Below, in pieces: positions 1-10,240 of a DNA stretch of 64,000 nucleotides (within the stretch, counting starts at the first letter, position 1; each line of letters opens with the position of its first letter). Below the pieces are notes generated by a model, which saw nothing but the letters and a program-made list of their open reading frames with translations, searched no databases and was not told where the DNA came from. A program made the translations under genes and the position numbers. Source of the DNA: Salisapilia sapeloensis CBS 127946 (lineage: Eukaryota > Protista > Oomycota). Location: NCBI GenBank assembly GCA_023334545.1, contig JAADVB010000039.1, forward strand, positions 1 through 64,000. The letters are read 5' to 3'.

Positions 1-138
1 CGGATCCTGCTTGAAGTAGTATTACGTTTTGATAATCATAGCGACAGATGGAAAGGATGTCCAGGCCACTCGAGGTTCGAAGTTCTTGCGAGCAGATCAT
101 ATTTGCTTTTGATCGCCACCACTTCCATCGAAAGCACA

Positions 139-1505
139 ATGCGGTCGGACAAGAGTGACGAGCCCGCTGCGCTCGTGTTTGCTCGCCGCACGTTTGGACC
201 GCTCTTCCTGATGACCATCACGCCTGTCGTTGCCATCTTGATCACGCATGTTTTCGTACGACATGAAGGCTCGGTGCGCTCCTTCTTGGATGCGAATGAA
301 ACATTTGCAGAAATAATCCCAGACCCATTCCATCCAGCAGCATGGAAAGCCATTGGTTCATATATGCTAGTGGAGCTTCTTCTTATGCGTTTGGTACCTG
401 GCAAGTCTGTATACGGTCCTCCTACCGCTAGTGGTTTCGTGCCGGAGTACAAGAGCAATGGCTTTCGTTGCTTCCTCATCACAATTGCATTATTCTTACT
501 CGGTGCCTATCAGTTTGATCTGTACAACGGTGGTATCGCGTTCGACTACTTGCCTGAAATCATCTCTGGCCTCAACGTCTTCAGCTTCGTGATATGCCTG
601 CTCATCTACATCAAAGGAGCCTTCCTTTGGACAACATCAGACGACTTTGCCACGTCTGGTAATCCTGTCTTTGACTACTGTTGGGGCATTGAGCTCTACC
701 CTCGCGTCCTTGGTTGGGACATTAAGCAGTTCATCATCTGTCGCGCCGGTTGTATGTATTGGGGCGTCGGTGTTCTCAGCTACGCTTGCAAGCAGTATGA
801 GCTGTACGGTAGCGTGAGCGACTCAATGCTCGTATGTGCTGGTTTGCAGCTTGTCTACATTGCCAAGTTCTTCTGGTGGGAAGATGGATACATGCGCACT
901 CTAGATATCCTGTACGAACGTGCCGGCTACTACCTATGCTGGGGTTGCCTTGTCTGGGTGCCCAGTGTCTACACCACTCAGGCCATGTTCCTCGTTGCAA
1001 ATCCCATCCACCTCGGAACACCTCTCGCTGCTACCCTATCTGTGGCAGGTTGTTTAATGAGTACGTCACTATCCTTCATCTATATCCTCATACACAGCTC
1101 TAATGTTTTTCCACTCTAGTCTACGTCAACTACGCGATCGATGAGCAACGTACGTACTTCCGTGAATGTGAAGGCAAGTGCACCATTTGGGGTAAGCGAG
1201 CGGAATACATTGTCGCCACCTACGAGACAGAGAAAGGAGAGAAGAAGCAAAGTCTATTGCTTACATGTGGTTGGTGGGGTATCGCACGTCACTTCCACTA
1301 CGTCCCAGAGATTCTAGCTTCTCTTTGTTGGACACTACCGGCAGGACTGGATAGCCCAGCACCGTACTTTTACGTTGCCTACATGACGCTTTTGTTACTC
1401 GAACGAGCTCATCGTGATGATGCTCGATGTGCGAACAAGTACAAGAAGGACTGGCCGAAGTACTGTGAGCGTGTTCCGTCACTTATCATTCCTGGTGTCC
1501 TGTAA
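139..1505 (+). CDS. DHCR7: 7-dehydrocholesterol reductase (sterol delta-7 reductase, ERG4/ERG24 family); join(139..1060,1120..1505)
   Basis: Motifs GIELYPR, KQYELYG, LLTCGWWGIARHFHYVPEI, RAHRDDARCANKY. A 59-nt GT..AG intron (1061-1119) joins the two ORF-track pieces in frame (..CLM-IYVNYAIDEQR..). First ATG is at 139. Confidence 0.92.
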
Positions 1506-1610
1506 GCTTTCTAACGTGCTAAAACAAAAAAAGAAGGAATAGAACAATGATTCACTTTCTACCATCGTATTAGACGTCTTCCGTCTCTAAGTACATCGTC
1601 TAGATAGCAA

Positions 1611-3161
1611 TTAGGATAAAAACTGTTCTCCGATTTGATAAAGCAAGACGAGGAAAGCGAAGGAACCAAATGCGAGGACCAAGTAGACGTAGATAGGCTT
1701 GCTAAATCTTGTCGAGAATACGTTTGGAGCCGGTATCTCTTGACTCGCCGAAAGTTGAAGTAGTGCTGGTGCAAAGAAGGCGACGTATACACCAGCAATG
1801 CCACTCAGTTGCAACGTGATCGCTAAATCCGACACGAAAGCTGATACGATGAGCGGTGGTAGACATGCAACGATTCGGCATACCAATTTCCATCCCTTCA
1901 TACGTTTCCAGCTACGCGGCGCAACTGCCGCCATGTTATCCCCCAAAGTGACAGAGATGAGAGGGTAGACGCTGAGCGTGTCGAGTGCTGGGAAGACGAC
2001 AACAATCGTGGACAGTATTCCTGCCCAGATCGGTAGCTCATCCGGGTTTTGTACGATACCCCAAGTAAAGTTTGCCCAGTTCAAGTTGATGCTAGATGAT
2101 ATATGTGCACCAAAGTACAAGGAGCAGATCGTACCTAGAACAATGTAAAATGTCATGGTTGTGACAAGTGTGCTTCCGAAAATGGCGTGGGACTTCCCCT
2201 GATTGGAAACACCTAGAGGAGCTAAGAGACCTGGAACGGAATGCTGGAATAGCTGTGAAAATACACTCGTGCTAAAGATGATCCCAAAGCCGGAAAAATC
2301 GACAAGGGAGTATTCACTGATGTATGGAGGAGATGACGACGCGACCGAAGCTGCGGTATCAAACGGGTCGGCAAAGATAGCATAGGTAGCACTCGTTATC
2401 ATGATCAGCAACGCAGCGAATCGAACGACTGCCATAAGAAGTTGGACGGCAATCTGTTCCGTCAAATCCGCTAGCGAGAGCGGGACAACGATAGCCGCAA
2501 AGAGGATGGCTGCGGAAATGGAGTTGAGGTCGAAGCTGCCGATATGATCCACTTGAGATAGAAGGCTATTTACAAAGACCTGCGAGTAACCCAACAGACC
2601 TCCGTACATGAGTGCTAGCAAGGAGAACTGATATAATTTCGAGCCCAAGGGACTTAGGAAGCGATTACACAGCTGCGTCACTTCAGGGAAGTGCTCATAT
2701 TTTGTCACTCGATGCTTGTTCGATGAAGTGCTATTGGCACTAGAGTTTGACATGAGTGGCGTCTGCTCCGAGTCCAGTTCCATATTTAAAGCTATTTGTG
2801 CCCGAGCGAGTGTCTCGCCAATCCAGGTGACAGTCATGTACGATATGAAAGAGACGACGATGATGAGTACATTCCCCATCAACAGTCCAGACTTGTAGAC
2901 AGCGTAGGGTATACCGAGGGACCCGACTCCAAGAATGTAGTTCACTGTAAATGCATATGCCACCACTGGCGAATAATGGGATTCTCCCGTCTGCGGTCGA
3001 TCAGGTGAGCCTGCTGGGGCTGGTTCTTGCGTTGTAAGGAATGAGAAGGCTCGATGTTCATGTAGCAGCTTGTGTGCAAAGCGAGAGGAACGGACATCGC
3101 CATGCACTTCCCACCGACCTTCCTCTTCTCCATCGTCGTCATATATGGCTGTCCAGTCCAT
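1611..3161 (-). CDS. Transmembrane amino-acid transporter (Aa_trans/AAAP family, TMEM104-like)
   Basis: Single-exon ORF with about 10-11 hydrophobic helices and AAAP N-terminal signature FTVNYILGVGSLGIPYA. First ATG at 3161; the ORF track starts at a GTG at 3197. Confidence 0.85.
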   Translation of the reverse strand: MDWTAIYDDDGEEEGRWEVHGDVRSSRFAHKLLHEHRAFSFLTTQEPAPAGSPDRPQTGESHYSPVVAYAFTVNYILGVGSLGIPYAVYKSGLLMGNVLIIVVSFISYMTVTWIGETLARAQIALNMELDSEQTPLMSNSSANSTSSNKHRVTKYEHFPEVTQLCNRFLSPLGSKLYQFSLLALMYGGLLGYSQVFVNSLLSQVDHIGSFDLNSISAAILFAAIVVPLSLADLTEQIAVQLLMAVVRFAALLIMITSATYAIFADPFDTAASVASSSPPYISEYSLVDFSGFGIIFSTSVFSQLFQHSVPGLLAPLGVSNQGKSHAIFGSTLVTTMTFYIVLGTICSLYFGAHISSSINLNWANFTWGIVQNPDELPIWAGILSTIVVVFPALDTLSVYPLISVTLGDNMAAVAPRSWKRMKGWKLVCRIVACLPPLIVSAFVSDLAITLQLSGIAGVYVAFFAPALLQLSASQEIPAPNVFSTRFSKPIYVYLVLAFGSFAFLVLLYQIGEQFLS

Positions 3162-3442
3162 CTTGCGGCCGTTTCGTTGTCCGCTTTGCTGTGTCACTGA
3201 TCCTCAAAAGGCGTTGATACGTCAACAGCTTACTCTCCATCATCTTTGGACATGCAAAATCATGATAGGTACAACGCAAAAGTCACAAGTGCAGAAGGTA
3301 AGAGGAGAGGAGTGTATTATCCATGAGCTTACTAGATGTAGTCAAACTTTGAAATTATTTGTTTTCGTGACGCCTTCAAGGATCGAAAAGATAGATTACC
3401 AAGGAAATGTGCGTGTATTGCCGTTTAGAGAAAAGAATAGAG

Positions 3443-4201
3443 TTAAAGTTTGGCGTTGATGTCTATCATTTCGTCATGACCCCATACAAATGTAAATGGC
3501 TGTAGTTTAATGTAGGTCGACCCGACTGTGTTCATAGCTTTCCGGTTGAAGGAACTGACTTTGGCCTCGCCACCCCATATGCGTAGTACTTCGAGCCAGA
3601 TGAAAAGATTTCGAAAGAAAATCTTATCCTGTTCAAGTCCCACGGCTTCGTCATGCAATTCCTGACAAGCCGTGGACATGGAAAGCGTCTTCTCCTCAGT
3701 TTCCTGGTAGGAACGGAGGCATAGTGGGGCCTTTGCGATCAGAAGATGGCGCAATTTTACTTCCAATAGGACCCAAAAGATCCCTTTAGTAGATCGTCGC
3801 GAAAACTTCCGATCGCGGTAGTTCTTCTCATAACAGCGCTGACGCTTCTTGTCTTCCTGCTGGTTGGCCAAAGTGGACGCAGGTCGCTTCAGTTGTCGAC
3901 GATCCGAGGGTGCAGACACCGATGGGGAAACCGGTGTGAACACATCTACAAACGAGACGGTTGGATGTTCCATTGGCGTAGAAGGAAGCTTCCATGGTAA
4001 GATATTCGACTGAAAATTAGGTTCGGGCATTTCCATCTTGGGCATGGGAGTTGAGCGAGGAGTAGATCGTAGATTTAGAGGCAACATATCTTCACTAGAA
4101 TCGATGTTGATAGCGTCAATGTAGTGCTCGATGGGCTCGAGGTCACAATCGGTTGTGGGATCTGACGGGAGAAGGAAAGCAGCATCCTTCATATCAGACA
4201 T
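3443..4201 (-). CDS. bZIP-like transcription factor candidate with divergent basic region
   Basis: 252-aa ORF with a Pro/Ser-rich N-terminus, basic segment KKRQRCYEKNYRDRK and a following leucine-rich helical region. An exact INR+FPR promoter match lies ~70-85 nt upstream. Confidence 0.55.
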   Translation of the reverse strand: MSDMKDAAFLLPSDPTTDCDLEPIEHYIDAINIDSSEDMLPLNLRSTPRSTPMPKMEMPEPNFQSNILPWKLPSTPMEHPTVSFVDVFTPVSPSVSAPSDRRQLKRPASTLANQQEDKKRQRCYEKNYRDRKFSRRSTKGIFWVLLEVKLRHLLIAKAPLCLRSYQETEEKTLSMSTACQELHDEAVGLEQDKIFFRNLFIWLEVLRIWGGEAKVSSFNRKAMNTVGSTYIKLQPFTFVWGHDEMIDINAKL

Positions 4202-4271
4202 AATGGCCGGTAGGTGTAAACTTGTTTTCTTTTAGGTGTCGCAACGGCAGTTGCTGGTGGCAGCCCGGGTC

Positions 4272-4285
4272 AAATTGGGAAATGA
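4272..4285 (-). promoter_or_regulatory. Oomycete INR+FPR core promoter of the bZIP-like gene
   Basis: Minus strand TCATTTCCCAATTT matches YCATTYBNNNWTTY exactly, ~70-85 nt upstream of the ATG at 4201. Confidence 0.7.
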
Positions 4286-6849
4286 GAACTCGAGCACAAG
4301 AACGGATGGGATGAATGGAGTCTACTACATTCCACCAAGAGCAGGTATCTTATTACGACACTACACAGGTTTAATTTTCCTTTTCTTGGGGCGCAATGTC
4401 ACTTCAATTCTCTTGTACCACTGTGCAGCTTGATTCCCTTCGCTCCAGATTTGGTTCAGCACGTGATCATGCATCTATTTGACGTGCGTGGCGGATTCGA
4501 AGGATCTATGCCACATGTATCGGTGTACCTTGTGGATACGAAGCGTTGCCCACGGATGAGTCGTAATCTGACTTGTTTTACTGCTTTCGACTCCCATATC
4601 TACATTCTCGATGTCTGTTTTGGAATACTACATGGCCTTGTGCAGTCTCGACCGTACGAAAACTAGGATCCAACAACTGAATACATCCAAGTTGGCATTC
4701 GGCTATCTTGAAGCGTAGCTTGCTGTATGGCAGCTTGCTTTCGAATGTTTGTAATTGGGTTTCTCGACTGGATACAGAGGTGTACGATCTAGTTCGATGT
4801 GACCGCTATGCACCGTCTGCTCGAGCAGCTTTTAAGATCCATCGGCAATCACGCGAAAGAAATTGTGCTACTGGTGACTTGTTTAGTAGGTAATAAACGG
4901 GTTAGCCATAGCTCTTGAGTAGCAAGAGGTAAAACCATAACTATCCAAACACTTCAGACCATACGTTTGAACTAGATTTAAATACCAGTGTGTCTGCATG
5001 TATCTGGCTCACAGTGCTATATACTATTGACTCTTTAGCATCACTACTTTATGGACATTGCTGCAAACTTGTCCGAAGTAGTTGATCAAGACTAATTAAG
5101 TCCTCTCTCATAATATGAACCCATATCCAAGAGCTATGTTCTGCAAGTGAAGTTCGTATTCGGTCAATCCAACGTATCTTTTTCAGTCACACCAGATCTT
5201 CGCATCCCACTCTTTGCAATTTGAGCTCGCAGTTTGTATAGAGAAACTGTATAGCAAACATGCAGATCTGACATAGTAAGCACGTGAGTCTCGACATATC
5301 ACCGAGGGATCACACTGTACTGGATCTACAAAAATCATCGCGTTCTACCTAAAATAAAGGCTCCCTTCGAATAGAGTCGAATACGAAAAGATTCATTCAA
5401 GGTTCGCAAAGCTAGCCCATATTCTCCTGCAAAGCATTTGCGCGTCTTGAGAGTAGAAGTCATGCTGAATCAATTGCAGCTAAAGTAGAAACACATGAAT
5501 TAGGATACTTGCTTTGCTTTCGTGTTAACATTTGAGTCATTGACGAAGTGATGCTTTAAATCACGAAACTGTTGAGCGCGTTCAAGAGCTTCGGAGAGAT
5601 GCTGAAAAGACGGATGAGGTGTATAAGATCGAATGATGGCGTGACAGTCGCGGATACACTGCCTGACATGTATGAGTGTCATTTCACCGCAAGCACAGCT
5701 AATTTCCATAAATTTATGCGCATGATTTTGTGCTGGACCAGGTTGAAAGAGTCAATTAATTTGCTTAAGCGCAGCATCGTTGTTTAAGTTCACGATAGGC
5801 CATCGTTCATGAAAGTTCTGGGAGTGTCAGCGTGATGATGACAATGGTTATCACTTCCGAACGCGAGACAAGTTGCAAAATCTAAATGGAGGCTTTCTTA
5901 AATGATTAAGCTACAACGACTCTAACCACTCATCGCTGCACGGGGTCCTGTAAGGAGACGGATATTCAGTCGGAGGTCCCAAATTTCCACGAGGGTTCGA
6001 CTATTAGTATGTTCATGCGCTGAGAAGCTGAGGGCTTCAACAATAGAAAGGACAGCTTTATCAAAGAATACCTCAACATACTGGATGTGAATAAGGTATC
6101 CAATAAGGTTAAATTATTGGTTCCTCGACGAGAATGTGATGTTAAACTTGCCCAACGGAGCTGCAATAGACTTCTTGTTTTGTTTATAGGTTACCATGCT
6201 TATGAAGTGGTTACTTATTCGACCGCTACTCAGAAGGTATCAGCTAAATTCGTGGATACTAAAGATCACTAACGTTGATATTTTCACCTATGATACTAGG
6301 TATAACAACAGCACCTTCAATGAGCTGGTTGTGGTCAAGATACATTTTCGTGTTCTTTAAAGTCGCTAATTAATTGTACAAGAAGCTTTCAGACTACGCA
6401 ATATTTGCATCCAATTGTAGCATTTTCTATCATTTGACACTCCTAGATATGCCTCATTCCTATATATGATCTTGTATGGATTTTTAAAGATATCAAATGC
6501 TCATAGGCCTCGACTTTCAAGATATATGAGCACTATTAAAATATGCTTTTGTTATTAGCTCATCATCGCTCAGACGATTAAGGTCGTCATAGTTTTAAAC
6601 TCTTAGGTCGTGTTCGTTCAGAAGATAATCGGGTATCATGCAAGGCTTTTAAGGCATTATGTGAACAAACATGCACACACTATAATAGGAATCAATGCCC
6701 AAGTCTTTGACGGCCCGCCCTACTCTTAAGCTGCTATCCAGCTGTCTACTTTGTTCACGTTTAGTTTTTGCTTCTCTGCCAAGCTTTAGCGCAAATAGTG
6801 TCGAACATATTGTACTTCATCGTCGGAAGTCACTCAGGTTGAAGTGTCG

Positions 6850-6998
6850 TTCGATTTACTTGCGCTATTGAGCTCTTCGCCATTTCAGTGGGACGGCGTA
6901 CAGTGCGAGTCGCAAAGTCGCCCAATTATTCCATCCACCCCTGTACTTCGCCTGTTCTGAAATAATAGCGAAGAGCTCAATAGCGCAACTAAAGCGAA
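6850..6998. repeat. Intergenic inverted repeat / long stem-loop (possible hairpin ncRNA)
   Basis: 6860-6880 (TTGCGCTATTGAGCTCTTCGC) is the exact reverse complement of 6968-6988. Pairing extends outward 8/10 (6850-6859 with 6989-6998) and inward imperfectly (ATTTCAG, GGCG, GTACAG). A T6 run follows at 7014-7019. Confidence 0.8.
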
Positions 6999-7556
6999 GA
7001 GCCTTTCGCGCGCTTTTTTAAATGTGCACACTCCGAGCACCAGGCGTGACTGGAAGTCTTCTCGAAGATGCTTTCTTCCTGATTGCATCAAAGATCAAGA
7101 CAGAAATAAGCCAAAAATATGAATTCGTATATCCATCGGCAGTAAAGAGCACGCGCTTATGCATTTGATGTAGTGGGAAAAAGATATATTGAAGTGTTAC
7201 GTTAGGTTTCCAATGGCAAGTGGCAAAGCAAAATCGGCTATTCTCAGCGAGCGCGGGATTGCCCGATTCGATTATCATAAGTAGAATTACAAAAGGTGAA
7301 AACTGATTTGGCAAATCGGCATTTAGCTCGAACACAGTCTTCTTGGTCACCCACCAACTAAGCATAAACTGAACACACAAGTATGTACATGCAAAACGTG
7401 AATCTTCATTTTGTTCTTTCGTATCTCCATAGTGATGCCAACGCCGTTCACTGAGCTCATGTGTAAATGTAAACTACGACTTCAGCAACAACGTACAAAT
7501 GCAAAAGATTATCCAACAAAAAAGCATTTATCATCACAGTGCAAATCGAAGCGAGT

Positions 7557-9368
7557 CTACTCGGTGCACTCTCTAGCTTCCACCGAGCTGTCCTTGGGGA
7601 CAAGGTAGCAGAACTTCTGGGCACGACCACCACGAACGGTTTTCGACTCATCTTTTTCGAACTTCCACTCGTCATCGAAGGTCGTCCAAGTCATTTTCAT
7701 CCAGTCTTGGGCAAAGCTGAGCTCGAAGAAGCCGTATGGCCAGCCATTCGGGCGCCAGACTTGCGACACATCCTTGGCGTACGTAGGCACTGGACCAGCC
7801 ATCTCACTCTGGATACCACCGCCAGCACCGTTCGTGACAAAGTAGGTCTGGAAGTCGTCTCCTTCACGTTGCAACTTGTCAAGGGCAAACGCGTGCGTGT
7901 GTCCACCAATGAGGAGGTTCACGCCATTGTCATGCAGAGCAGTGTTCCACGAGTTAATCATGTCAGCATTGAAGTGGAAGTGCGGAACGTAATGCGAGTT
8001 TACGATCTTCCACGTCGCAGTCGAAGCGGCAGCATCCGCCGCCATTTTATCCAGACTTTCCTTGGTCCACGCATCAAACTTAGCCATGCACTGGTCAAAG
8101 GCATCCGTGTCGCCACCGTAACACAAGTCATCCCCACGGTGCACTGAGTTACAATTTTTGTTCTTGTCACTGCCCTCTTTCGATTGGTAGCCATAGCACT
8201 GGCAACAGATCTGGTCTGATCCGTGAATGACGGCAGCGTTCGTGTCGACATTGAACACATCCACAGTCACGCCGGTGGCCTCATCCTCGATGCTCGCCTT
8301 GTAGTAGTGACCAGGAAGGTGCCAGCGATCGTTGTTCGGACTCGTGTACTGCGACTGGGCATTGAAGCGGTCATCAATAGACGCGAGCATCTCCTCCACG
8401 GACTCGCACTCACGCCAGTTATCATCGTGTCCACAAATGTAGTTGGCTCCACCATAGTCGTGGTTACCAAGGACATTATACCATGGAACGTCAAGCAGCG
8501 ATTCTTGGTCGTACTTGCTCTCGAATGTCTCTTCGAAACGAAGACCGACATCAGCCGAAGCAATTCCGTTCCAGTAAAAGTTGTCACCGTGACCGATGAT
8601 GCACTTCGGGTTGAGTGCTTCCGCAGATAGCGACAAAAGGTACGCGACACTGTCTTGTGCTTGCTGATCCTTGTAGTGATCTTCGTTCTGGCGCTCGTAT
8701 TTGTTACAGCACGAGTTGTAACGAGTACCCCAGTCACCAATGGCGAGTGCCGTCAAGTTGAACGAAGCCTGCGAAGGGTCCGTGCGAGCGGCCGAACCAT
8801 CTTGCACGGGTGTCGTGTCATCCTGAGCGCTGCCAATCGGTTCTTCGGCGTCACCCGAGGCAGACGGGGACGAGCCATCAACTCCACCAGCTGATCCGCT
8901 CTCTTCGGAGGCTCCGGTAGCGTCACCTGTGCCAGCTGAAGCATCGCTACTGCCAGCAGCAGGAGATTCGTTCGATCCAGCTGGAGTCTCGGCATCGCCA
9001 ACAGGAGTTTCATAATCACCGCCACCAGTGGCAGGACTCTCTCCGTTACCACTGGCAGCAGGACTCTCTCCATTGCCGTCAGCAGCAGGAGATTCTCCGT
9101 TACCACTAGCAGCAGGACTCTCTCCATTGCCGCCACTAGCAGGAGACTCTCCGTTACCACCAGTGGCAGGAGATCCACTGTCACCTCCGGCAGGAGATCC
9201 ATTGCCACCACCAGCACCGGCACCCGGAGCTTGGCCATTGTTCGAGCCATCGCCGAAACCTGTGTCGCAGTCTTGGAGCTGGCGAATGTTGTGTGACAGG
9301 GCGCTAGCGCTGTCGGTGGCGGCAAAAGCCGCAAAGGTTGCGACACTGAGAATCGTGGACACCTTCAT
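7557..9368 (-). CDS. Secreted purple acid phosphatase / calcineurin-like metallophosphoesterase with N-terminal Gly/Ser/Pro-rich repeat region
   Basis: Signal peptide MKVSTILSVATFAAFAA. All five PAP metal-ligand blocks present: IGDWG, GDNFY, GNHDY, VNSH, GGHTH. Confidence 0.9.
   Translation of the reverse strand: MKVSTILSVATFAAFAATDSASALSHNIRQLQDCDTGFGDGSNNGQAPGAGAGGGNGSPAGGDSGSPATGGNGESPASGGNGESPAASGNGESPAADGNGESPAASGNGESPATGGGDYETPVGDAETPAGSNESPAAGSSDASAGTGDATGASEESGSAGGVDGSSPSASGDAEEPIGSAQDDTTPVQDGSAARTDPSQASFNLTALAIGDWGTRYNSCCNKYERQNEDHYKDQQAQDSVAYLLSLSAEALNPKCIIGHGDNFYWNGIASADVGLRFEETFESKYDQESLLDVPWYNVLGNHDYGGANYICGHDDNWRECESVEEMLASIDDRFNAQSQYTSPNNDRWHLPGHYYKASIEDEATGVTVDVFNVDTNAAVIHGSDQICCQCYGYQSKEGSDKNKNCNSVHRGDDLCYGGDTDAFDQCMAKFDAWTKESLDKMAADAAASTATWKIVNSHYVPHFHFNADMINSWNTALHDNGVNLLIGGHTHAFALDKLQREGDDFQTYFVTNGAGGGIQSEMAGPVPTYAKDVSQVWRPNGWPYGFFELSFAQDWMKMTWTTFDDEWKFEKDESKTVRGGRAQKFCYLVPKDSSVEARECTE
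9034..9192 (-). repeat. In-frame 27-bp tandem repeat encoding SPA(A/T)(S/G/D)GNGE units
   Basis: Five 27-nt units (9034-9168) plus one 24-nt unit. Units 1/3 and 2/4 resemble each other most, hinting at a 54-bp duplication step. Confidence 0.9.
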
Positions 9369-9426
9369 TTCGAGTTAGTGCGTCGTCCAAGCAGTATAAT
9401 TTCTTTACTCTTAAGCCGAGCAAGGA

Positions 9427-9440
9427 AAAAGCGGGAATGG
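9427..9440 (-). promoter_or_regulatory. Oomycete INR+FPR core promoter of the phosphatase gene
   Basis: Minus strand CCATTCCCGCTTTT matches YCATTYBNNNWTTY, ~60 nt upstream of the ATG at 9368. Confidence 0.65.
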
Positions 9441-10240
9441 GGACAGACCAGAGGAATAGAGATGCAAAGCCAAAACGCTGTCGACTGCGAGCAGCTGGAT
9501 AATCTTCGGCTTAGAAGGTCCAGAGAGCCAATTCTGTCGTGGCATTGTGAGCGCAATTGGACGAGTTATCAATGGCACCAGATTTTGTAGCCATTTAGAC
9601 TCGACGAACATCTAGAAAATAGCACGTAGTGCGAATGGAACTTTTGCTTTCAAGGTGCTATCGTAGACATTAAAAGATGGAGAGAAGATATGTGCTAAGC
9701 CAAAAGTCGTGAGACATTAGAAGGGAAAAAAGTGTTCGTGTTCGTGGATAGCATAGCAACGGAATCAGGTGCATGTGTGATCAGCGATTAATCACCTGCT
9801 GCTGTGCTTGAATATTAGCTTCATGGATGCAATTCTGGTTGTACTAGCCATTATTAAAGATCGCCCGCCTTACTGACTAGGATTGCCTCTACCGTCTCTC
9901 ACGAAAACTTTCGACGGCGTATGCGAAGCCTTCGGTATCCAAGTGTCTGTTGTGCATGTGTGGCGTATGTATAAATCTCATCCGTTAGCATACACCACAC
10001 CCATACATCGGCAACACGCTCTAGTAGAATCGTGCCTTGAACCTGGCCCTCCGAGCGGGTGAAACGACAAAGGGACCGCACGCACGACCATGTCACAAAC
10101 TCTTCCCATGCACAATGCTACGAGTGAACCTTTCTTTCGTAGTTCACGTTTCTAGCGCTATGTCGGCTTAGCGACAGCTACCGTACCCATATGTGGCGTG
10201 TTCTATTCTACTCTAGACCTCTGATGGTGCTCAAACCATT

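Noticed and set aside
103-138. TTG/GTG starts given by the ORF track (also 3197, 32350, 34242, 41001, 45522, 59874)
   Set aside because: This is a eukaryotic locus, so the first in-frame ATG was used instead.
6860-6988. Hairpin as SRP RNA, or as a miRNA targeting the nearby amino-acid transporter
   Set aside because: No SRP helix-8 motif is present, and I found no complementarity between the arms and 1611-3197 by eye.
9034-9192. 27-bp repeats as a CRISPR array
   Set aside because: The units are contiguous, have no unique spacers, and are in-frame codons of a eukaryotic gene.
7539-9378. Plus-strand ORFs opposite the phosphatase (7539..8147, 8223..8630, 9028..9378)
   Set aside because: Antisense shadows of a GC-rich, repeat-containing CDS with no recognisable motifs.
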